The position numbers were made by a program, and so were the translations under genes. The notes below the pieces were generated by a model, which saw only the letters and a program-made list of their open reading frames with translations, did no database searches and was not told the origin of the DNA. This document shows, one piece after another, positions 54,281 to 64,000 of a stretch of DNA of 64,000 bases. Location: assembly GCF_018350175.1 (NCBI RefSeq), contig NC_058368.1, forward strand, positions 213,220,001 to 213,284,000, given 5' to 3'. This stretch comes from Felis catus (Eukaryota). The stretch's first letter is position 1. Every line of letters starts with the position of its first letter.

Positions 54281-56636
54281 CGCCTCCCATCTGCAAGCAG
54301 CACAGTTCTTTCCCTTGTGAATTCCCCTCTGTCATTTCTTCCCCCCTTTCATCTCACCCCCACTTGCTTTCCTCCTGGAGTTTTACTCTTAAGTTCATTC
54401 ATTCATAAAATATTTTTTGACCTCCTGCACTATTCTGAACAAAACAGATCTCCGCTCTCCTGGAGCGTATTTGATGGAGATCAGAGTAAACAACAAATAG
54501 AATAAATATAAGTAAATTATATGGTTATATTAGAAGGTGAAAAGTATCATGGGAAAAAGAAAAGGCACCATTTTCCTCCATGTCACAGTGGCATTTGAGC
54601 AGACTTGAAGGATGTTGGGGTCTGAGGGAAGAGTAGTGCTAGTAGAGGGAATGGTCTGGAGTGTTGGAGGCTCATCAAGGAAGTCAGCCCTGAGGAAGCC
54701 TAGTAGGTGAGGGGGAAGAGTCCCAGGAAACCAGGTTAGAGAGGTTACAGCTTGTTGGCCATGCTGAGGACTTCTTGAGTTCCCAATCCAAATGCCTAAT
54801 GAGATGTGTTCTCATTTTGGATTTCTGAAGGTTTTTCCTACTCCTCTGCCCAGCACTTTAATCAGCATGTGCACGAGCACTATCAAACCTCTGTCTTCAG
54901 CTGTCTTCCTACCCCTGTAAAGCACAGGCAGGTGGGCTGTGGATGAGAGGTCTTGATCAAGGACTGCGTCCACAAAACCACCTGGGGCCTGAAGCCTGAA
55001 GCCTTTGCACATGCATCTTCAAATTCACAATGTGTGTGTTTCCTCCAAATGGAGAATACTCTTGAAATGGGTCTTATTTTTAATCCTAATTGAAAATAAA
55101 AACCACTTCCTCCTTTGATGCTTGATGAAGGAGTCAGGGTCATCTTGAATTTTCAATAGGTTTCCCTGGTATCATGAGTAAGTAATGTCAGTTTCTCTTT
55201 GTGTCTTCTATGATTGATTTGATCTTTAACCTTTCCTCTTCAGTGAGATTGAACTACACATGGAAAGTCTGAAATGTGGCCAGAGTTCAAGAATGTTCAG
55301 ATTTTTCATCCACCAAGTGCACATGTTGTAGTTAGACATGTTTTCCCTCTTTGCCCACAGTGCCTGATATATTTCCTTTGAGGGATAATTAGGGAAGGGG
55401 AGTGGCTCAGCCCCCAAATGGTCACATTTTTCAGATCCTTCTAGTTGGCAGTTTTGTTTTCTTGCCATAAAATACTGCTGTGTAGATACTATGTTTCTTT
55501 GTTGTAATCTGTCTCTAAAAAAATTTTTTTAACAGAGGGAAGGGCTCTGACCTAAATTGCTTATGGTTTTTAAAAGATAAAGGTATGAGGGAGTGAGAAA
55601 CCAATTTGTTGTTTAAGTGTATAGCTTTTGCTAGATATCCTATTATTGGAAATTCATGTGAGCAGCTTTGAGGCATAGCTTATGTACCTCTGAAAGTACT
55701 GAACCTGGTAACCTTCTGTTGGTTCACTCAGTAGGAGTCGTCCCTCACAACACTTTTCTGGACTGCCATTCTTTTTCTACTGCTTTCCTTCATATTGCCC
55801 TCATCTTTACTGCTTTGGTGTATGTCTTCCTATCACATTTCTTTGTATGCGGTTTGCTTTTGTTAGCTGGGAATTTGCAGGTTTCTTAGGCATCTTTTTG
55901 CTGGTAGGTCACTGAGCTGCCAGAACAATCTTCACACCTTATGATGTAATGATACCTGTGCCTGGTAATGAACTTGTTCTTGGCTGATTAGATCTTGGAA
56001 GGTTCAAGAGTGGCTTTCTTCAGTATGCTAAAGAGTCTGTCAAGAGTCAGCACTTTGTGCAAAAAACAGAAGTACTTAACTGGATAAAGTATTTGAAGAT
56101 GATGCTTTTAAACATGATGGCTTATATGTTTTTTTGTGCTAAGATTGACATTGAACAGCCTAAAATGAAGGATAGTAGTTAGTTTCCACCTGGACCTCTG
56201 CCAGAGTTAACTTGGGTTCTTCTGTCATTGATTCTAAGTCAGTGAACGTGAATGTTAAAATCCTGAACTGTAGTTTAGGACCTTTGGTCATGTTTTGTAA
56301 ACTCTGCCCGGAGAGTTATAAATCAGTAAAGCTTGCAAGTGGGAAGCCAGTGGCTCTGGAAATTGAGGTGAATAGGAGAGAGAGGACTGGATCATTCTTG
56401 GTGGTACCTGATGGCTGGTACCTAGAAACATCTCAGCATCACTGCCCCAGCTGAGTCCCAGACAGACAGTGCAAAGGAAATTGTGCCTCTGTACAAGGGG
56501 ATCCCGGGGTGCTGATCTCCCCTTCAAGGAGGCATTTGGTTATGGTTTGGGAGCCAGATCCGCTTTTCTTGGTAAATAAAGGAGAAGCTGTAGTTCATTA
56601 TAGAAAAATAATAAAAGATAGACAAAGAATTTTTTA

Positions 56637-56861
56637 TTTATTAAAAAAAATTTTTTTTAACGTTTATTCATTTTTGAGACAGAGAGAGACAGAGCATAAA
56701 TGGGGGAAGGTCAGAGAGAGAGGGAGACACAGAATCTGAAACAGGCTCCAGGCTCTGAGCTGTCAGCACAGAGCCTGACGCGGGGCTCGAACTCACGGAC
56801 CGTGAGATCATGACCTGAGCCGGAGTCGGACGCCCAACCGACTGAGCGACCCAGGCGCCCC
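56637..56861 (-). mobile_element. Can-SINE in MTMR12 intron 1
   Basis: Full length; TSD GACAAAGAATTTTTTA. Confidence 0.92.
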
Positions 56862-57341
56862 GACAAAGAATTTTTTAAAGGAAAGTTATAAGCAACGTGG
56901 AGTGTACCCTGTCAGATATGTGTGTAGGTGTCTGCATATGTCTTTTCCAAAGTGGGATTAATATTGCTAATCATATTATTTTGTAATCTGCCTTTTCACC
57001 AGAGATCTATATTGTAAATGTCTTTCCACGTCAGTTGTTAACCTATAATGTCATTTTCAGTTAGACCCAATAGGATGCTTGGGTGACTCAGTTGGTTAAG
57101 TGTCCAACTTTGGTTTAGGTCATGATCTGCAGTTTGTGGGTTCGAGCCCTACGTCGGGCTCTGTGCTGACAGGCTGGAGCCTGCATTGGATTCTCTGTCT
57201 CCCTCTCTCTCTGCCCCTCCCCTGCTTGCAATCTGTCTCCCTCTCTCTCAAAAATAAATAAACGTAAAAAAAAAAAAAAATTAGACCCGTTTTCCACAAC
57301 AGAAATACTGTGATGGGGAGATGTTAGGTAGTACAAAGAGC

Positions 57342-57382
<41 letters not shown>

Positions 57383-60300
57383 GAGGCAGAGTGATTTTTA
57401 ATGGATTTCTACTTCATCACCTTCTCTGGTGCTGAGTATCAGTTCTGATTGTTCAGGACTGCCAGTTCTCTGGTCAGTTACCTTGAAATTGTAAGCACTG
57501 GTTTGGTATTTATCGTGATTAGAAATGCTTATTGTCTGTGCCAGGAAGAAGCTGTAGATAGAGGACCATTAGATGGTCCTAAGGGAAAGTTCTGATTTAG
57601 CAAGAGCCGGGTTCATTGTGATAAGGGAGTTGAATAAAAGCTTCAGGGTGCTCCTGCGTTGTTCTCTGAAACTAAGACCAGGAAGAATCCAGCTTTTAGA
57701 GTCTGTGGTACTTGTGTCCATATTTGTATGATTTTCCAAGTATGATTTAAATGGACTTTCTAGTAGAATTTAAGTCAGTGTTTGACTTGAATACACTAAT
57801 AAGTTATCAGTTACTTACTTGTAACTCACAATCCTGAGATCAAGAGTCGCATGCTCTACCAACTGAGCCAGCCAGGTGCCCCCCATTTGTGGATTTTTAG
57901 ATTTGGGAGAGAATTTAAAGATAATCTCCACCACTGTACTCTTCTTCTGTAACACAATGTGGAAGTGCGGCCTCGCAAGGTTAAATGTCCTGTCCACACC
58001 ACAGAAGTATTTCAGACCAGAGAGAACTGTCTCCTGAAGCCAGTGGTGCCCATGGTAAGCCAGGCCCCTGGGAGCTTAGGGAATACATAGACATGGGAAG
58101 AAAAAGCAAGAAAAGAAACAAAGCTTGAAGAAGGGTCAAAAAAAAAAAAAAACAAAAAACCCAGACTTAAGAGCCAATTTTATCTTCTCATTTAACCCTT
58201 AGGGAAAAGAATGCATTTGATTGCCTAATCTTCACTTACCGCCATATCTTTTCATGGAAAGAAGTGAACCTATCTATGATCTAGTGTTTTTCCAAGAGGT
58301 AATGGCCGGGCGGGGGGTATATATCAGAATAATAAAATGAATAATTACCAATATTTATTAGGCACTTCTGTGTCCCAGGAACTGTGCTTCTCTCATTTCA
58401 TCCTTTCAACTATCTTATGCAGTGGATACTATTCCCTCCGTTTTGTGTGTTTAGATGTGGAGAGAACCAGTGAAATTAGTACCTTGCTCACGGCCATAGC
58501 TGGCAAGGGGTGGTGCCAAGATTTAAACTCACGCAGTCTGACTCCAAAGCTGTTCTTCCGTACTTTTTATGAATGCAGGGAGTATTATTAGTGAAACATG
58601 CCTGTAGTCATGATCGGCCTTCACATGCTAAAATGCTTTCTCATTCGTGTTCTCTAGTAGCAGTTTTGTTCTTGGCTTTTGTTAGCTTCTCCACTAGGTG
58701 ACTGTGAGTGGATACAAGGGCCCCTTGGAGATTCATTCAGCTGATATTTACTTAAAGCACCTGCAAGTACGAGGCATTGTTCTGGAGGTTGATGAGGCAT
58801 TGTTTTAGAGGTTGGGGATACAAAACAGATGAAATGATTGAGATTATTTTTGGTGGAACACTACTGTGCTGGACTACTGGCTTTGATGAGTTGGGTGGAT
58901 CCGTGGCTAGAAGAGATTGGCTTATCCTAAATCAGACTTCCTTGCTCAGTCCCAGCAATAAAAAATACCTTTAGGGGTGCCTGAGTGGCTCAGTTGTTTA
59001 AGCGTCTGACTCTTGATTTCGGCTCAGGTCAGGATCTCACGGTTCCTTGGATTGAATCGCAGAGTCAGGCTCTGGGGTGACAGCATGGAGCTTGCTTGGC
59101 ATTCCCTCTCTCCCTCTTTCTCTGCCCCTCCCCGGCTTGTGTATGTGCACTCTCTCTCTCTCTCTCAAAATAAATAAACTTAAAGATATACCTTTAAAAG
59201 CAAATCTAGATCCATTCACTTTTCTTTTTTAAAGACTCTTAACTTTTTTCCATTCCAAACTAATTTTTTGATGACTGCAGAATTTTCTCTTTGAACTTAG
59301 AGGTCATTGACAGTGATATAAAGGACATCAAAAGTTCTTCCTAAAATGACCACTTTCTTAGCTGTGGCTTTTATAGTCTGATGATCTCTCCAAAGCTTCC
59401 GCTTTTTCTCTCTTGCATGTGCTTCCTGCGGCATCTCCCTGGATCCTTTCCAATACCATTCAACTTCTGCAGATGGAGCATCAGAAGATGTCATGAGGCT
59501 ACGTCCGGCAACACTTCCTGCAGCTTGATCGAACAGCTGCCACACTGACAGCCTCTGTCTCAGAACCCGATGCTCTCCTGCACCCTGCTTTCCTCTGTGA
59601 TGGTGAAACCATCAAAATGTTGGCTACCATCACCAAATGTGATGGCTACCATCAAAATCTTAGGCTGAGGGCAACCCATACTAGAAATTTAAAGTTCTAG
59701 ATTTTTCTCTGAGCATCTTCAACAAGATGTTTGACATTCTTGGAATAATTTCACATTAAACCATCCTGCATGACGGTGTTCTTAGAATTGGATTTTTTAA
59801 ATCACCTTAAAAGATGTATACCTATTTTTATGATAAAGACAATATTAAAAAAAAGAAAAAAGAATGTAACAAAGGTGCAGACTTCCGAAGTTAGAAAAGT
59901 AAAATTACCATTAATTATGCTGTCTTAACCAAAGCAGTTATTTCCAGTTATTAGTATGTTCTTGCTTTGTTCCCAGTCATAATATATGTAAAAATGTATA
60001 ACCTGCATGTGGTTGTCATGTTTGAAGATGGTACTGCTGATCTGTGACAGGAGAGTGTGCACTTTGAGTTGTTTTACCAGCAGGAAACTACCCTTAGTTT
60101 CCCATGAGTTATGCTTGTGGCTTCTGATGTGTTTTGGGGAGACAACAAGAAGATTGGCGGGTTTGCAGTTTAATGAATGATTTAAAATAAACCGCTTCAG
60201 AGAGGTTGGGAGGTAGGATTGAGCTGGAATAATTCTTTTTAAAAATTTTGTATGGAACAATTTAAAAAAATTTTTTTAAAGTTTATTATTTATTTTAATG

Positions 60301-61406
60301 TTTATTTTTGAGAGAGAGAGAGAGAGAGACTCTGAGTACATGTGGGGGAAGGACAGAGATGGGGAGGACAGAGGATTAGAAGTAGGTTCCATGCCGACAG
60401 CAGAGAGCCCTGTATGGAGCTCAGACTCGGGAACCTTGAGATCATGACCTGAGCTGAGTCGGACACTTAACCAACTGTGCCACCGAGGCGTCCCAAGTTT
60501 GTTTGTTTATTTTGAAAGAGAGAGCACGAGTGGGGTGGGACAGAGAGAGAGGGAGAAAGGATTCCAAGCAGGGTCCATGCTGTTAGTGCAGTGAGCTCAG
60601 GAGCCATGAGATCGTGACCCCAGCCAAGGTCAAGAGTCAGATGCTTAATCAACTGAGCCCTCCAGACGCCCGGAGCTGGAATAATTCTTACAACCTCTAA
60701 TCTTTTGTTGTTTGGGAGGATGAAGAGGGGAGGTACAAATGGAGCAGAGTGAAGCTGCTCAAGAGCTAGAAGGGCCACAGGGCCACTTCTGTCCTTAGTC
60801 CCCTCTGCATGCCTCCAGGGTCACAACTCTAAGGAGGGCAGACAGCCGCTTATTTTGGCTGTGAGTGAGGCCGTCCTCTAAGCCTTGGTTGTATTTCTAC
60901 CTGGAAGATGGAAATCATAATAATCTCTGATAGGTATATGTGAACATTTATGAATATTAAGTGTGATTATGCAAGTCCTTAGAGTACTTGGCACATGGTT
61001 TGCCTTTAGTAGATGTGGGCTCTTGTTGCTGTCACTAAGTTGTTGGTCAGGACCATTTGGATGGTTTCAGAAAGTGCTTAATCATTAATCTTAGAATACA
61101 GAAATCTTTCCCAGCTAAGGTATTAATGAAAGTGGAGTATTTAGTTGTTGTGGTTGTTGCCATGGTATCATGCCCAGAAAATTCACTGTGTGGTAACTCT
61201 TTCTTAGAGTGTTTTTCACTATCTCTGAAAGTTTCTTTTCCTCTTTTCTTTGTTCCTTTATATATTTGAGAATGATTTAATTATATTTAAAATTCCAACC
61301 TAATGAGAACACTTACTAGTTGACTTTTTTCATTATTAACATTTGGCCTTTGACATTTTGCTAGTTTTGTGCTGGAAATGTATTTTTCCCTCTTCCCTCA
61401 TTTCTT

Positions 61407-61438
<32 letters not shown>

Positions 61439-63482
61439 TTTAATTTTTTTTTTTTTTCTTTAATCTCTGCCTCCAACATGAGGCTTGAACTCACAACCCT
61501 GAGATCAGGAGTCGCATGCTTTATTGACTGAGCCAGCCAGGTGCCCCCATTGTCCTTCATTTCTAATGACTCTATCATAGGCCAAATTTTGTCCATGTAT
61601 CACATCTGTTCAATGGTTTACTTAAGTTATGAGTAAGTAAAATCAGATTACCCCTGGAAGTAATAACTGTTTATTTAAAAGGCAGTTGCAAGCCTGTGCT
61701 GTTTTGCTTTCATGGGTAAATACTTTTCCTAAAATAGTATAATCATCACTTTTACCTCCTGTGCCCCTGTCCTTCATTATTCCCTATAGACTTCAGTGGG
61801 GGAAGCCCTTCAGAGGTGGCATCTAAGCCCTCAGTCATTTGCTTTTGGGAAAGGGAAGGGTTGCAGCCACAAGAAAAGCAGGGCTTGTGAATGGAAGTCC
61901 TGGACACTTTGGTGAAATATTTTGAAGTCTGCCTTTCCTTTTTTTAATTTAATTTTATTTTTTTTAAGATTTTATTTTTAAGTAATCTCCACACCCCAAA
62001 TGGGGCTCAAACTCACAACCCTGAGACCAAGAGTCACATGCTGTTCCAACTGAGCCAGCCAGACACCTGTCTACCCTTCCCTTATGACAGATTGCCAACC
62101 CCTGTTTGAGACAGTGGTCCTGAGCTGCTGGGTGTGTTGCTTTTCTTGCTAAGAGAGTTTTAAAATTCCCAAGAATACCTTGAAGGGAATGAGCCCAGAT
62201 TTTTGGATAAAAAAATCTCACTGTGTTCTTACCTTTTCTCTAGACATACAATCGAATTCCTGTTTTGCTTTAATCCCTTGAGATCCACTTCCCAGTGTGG
62301 TTTCACCTTTCAGATTTTTTTCCTCAACTGTAACATTGAATGACCATCTTCCCTGCAGGCTGACTTTGAATGTGATAAGAAATAACCACGTGTACATGAC
62401 ATGACTGTTAAGATGCTATTATTTAAAAAAAAATTTTTTTTTTTTTTGCTTATTTTTGAGAGAGAGAGAGAGAGAGAGAGACAGTGTGAGCAAGGAAGGG
62501 ACAGAGCGAGAGGGAGACACAGAATCTGAAGCAGGCTCCAGGCTCTGAGCTGTCAGCACAGAGCCTGACACGGGACTCGAGCTCACGAACTGTGAGATCA
62601 TGACCTGAGCTGAAGTCAGACGCTTACCCGACTGAGCCATCCAGGCACCCCTAGATGCTGTTATTATTGATAGTCACTTGAATTGGGAGAATTATCGATC
62701 GTGTACCTCCCATTTGCACCGTGTTAGAATTAGGAATGCATAAAAACAGTCTGTGCTCTCAGGGGGTTCACATTCTGTTAGAGAGACAGCAAGTCAACAG
62801 ATGGCTCTAATGCACAGAAGTAGGTGCTGCCTGTTCATGAAGGAGGCGTGCACAGAATGCTTTTGGAGCACAGAAGGCTGCGGCAGCATTCGGCCTCATG
62901 TGAAGGCAGCGTAGGACTTGGAAAGGGCAGTGTGAGGGTGGGTGCTGGTGTGGGGAGGAGGGGGATGATGTAGTGGGCAGGCAACAGGGACAGCTCGAAA
63001 GGCTCATGGGCATGTTGGGCCCAGGTGGTCGAAGCATCTGTCTCATACCTTATGTAAGGCGTGGTGGGGGGTGAAGTGGGCTAAATCCTGAAAAGTAGAA
63101 TCCGAGGGGTGCTGCTAGGACACGCAAGCTTGTTATTCTGCTTTCTGCGAATACTGCTTTACCATGAAGTCAGTCTGGCCCTTTGTGAGCCTGTAGGCAC
63201 CTTCTCGTTTGCTCCTGGTTCCTCTTGGTCCAAGACCACGGAAAAGCTCCTGTTCCAAGGCTTTTAGCTCCTTGCCAGCTATTCAGCTGACCTAGTATTT
63301 GTGTAGCAGTCCTGGGAGTGGGGCAGGAGGTTGGTGCACAGAAGGCAATGCCATGTGTGTTTGCAGCTGTTGTTAGTCACGTCAGTTAGCTTCGACTCTG
63401 AGATTCTGACAGCCCTGTAACTGCCACCTGCTACTTTTCTCCAGCACTTGTATACATTCCAGTGCTACCCTCTTTAACTTTT

Positions 63483-63720
63483 AGTGTAGTGTGGTTAAGA
63501 GCACAGCTTTGGAATTAGAGCTCTGCTACTTGCCTTGTGGATTTGGTCTGGGTATTTAACTTCTCTGAGCCTCGGTTTCCTGACCTCTGAAATGGGAATA
63601 AAAACAGTTGTGTCTAGCTCATAAGATTGTTGTTAGTCTTAAGTGAGTCAGTCCATCGAAGTTAACACAGTACCCAAAGTGCAGCAAACCCTTATTAAAT
63701 GTTAATTGTTGTAGTAGCTA
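63483..63720 (+). mobile_element. MIR fragment
   Basis: GTGTAGTGTGGTTAAGAGCACAGCTTTGG...AACTTCTCTGAGCCTCGGTTTCC...TGAAATGGGAATAA. Similar remnants at about 15510, 16190, 25470, 31100, 48440, 52230, 58340, 60870. Confidence 0.7.
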
Positions 63721-63743
63721 TTACCTTTTACCCCAGAAGCTGC

Positions 63744-63747
<4 letters not shown>

Positions 63748-63800
<53 letters not shown>

Positions 63801-63812
63801 CGCGCGCATGTG
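63748..63812. repeat. (GT)n(GC)n microsatellite
   Basis: Long GT run followed by GCGCGCGTGCGCGCGCATGTG. Confidence 0.93.
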
Positions 63813-64000
63813 TTCATTCTTTGGGCCATAAGTGCAGGTCCCGATAGTGGCGACATTTTTTATGTTCCCTTCTAGCATTGTTCTTCCCTTGCACTCTCAG
63901 AGGCCGGTCACCAGAGTGGGGGGTGCTGTCCCTTTTGCAGGTGCCCACAAAGGATGCCTTTCCTCTCCATCCAGAGGGCTTCCCTTCCTTCATAGCTTTC

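Noticed and set aside
53082..54505. Long ORFs of 290, 182 and 156 aa over the CpG island
   Set aside because: Stop-poor GC-rich DNA with no recognisable protein. The real exon is 53719-53799 in another frame; only the uORF parts are kept as a finding.
58691..58704. CTCF-like CCACTAGGTGACTG (also TAGCAGGTGGCAG on - near 63421)
   Set aside because: Each mismatches a core position and has no supporting context.
58772..58817. Short tandem duplication GAGGCATTGTT...GAGGTTG
   Set aside because: Two copies of about 23 nt in intronic DNA; ordinary slippage.
59297..59550. Possible C/D snoRNA (TGATGA ... CTGA) or cryptic exon
   Set aside because: Boxes are far apart with no terminal stem, and the sequence does not match the expected MTMR12 exon 2 peptide.

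Overview
Mammalian genomic DNA, very likely a felid given the dense Can-SINEs of the feline SINEC_Fc type. The + strand carries the last five coding exons of ZFR (zinc finger RNA-binding protein; C-terminal part of the DZF domain and the KRRR tail; stop at 29338) and its ~1.4 kb 3' UTR. About 22 kb of repeat-rich intergenic DNA follows, then the CpG-island promoter and first coding exon of MTMR12 (ATG 53719), whose first intron runs to the window end. Three ribosomal-protein retrocopies lie on the - strand: RPS25 (decayed), RPL23 (nonsense at codon 4) and RPL31 (still open, inside a nested insertion). The rest is Can-SINEs, L1 fragments, Tigger and MER20 relics, MIR/L2 fragments and microsatellites, plus a 1.1 kb pure-pyrimidine array. 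Nearly all ORFs in the supplied track are repeat or low-complexity artefacts. I find no convincing wholly new biological system. The best leads are regulatory: a weakly spliced, CpG-rich ZFR exon whose skipping creates an immediate stop (NMD switch), SINE-driven dsRNA or circRNA potential in ZFR, overlapping uORFs over the MTMR12 start, and the odd polypyrimidine array. Gene, family and exon-number assignments are from memory, not from database searches.
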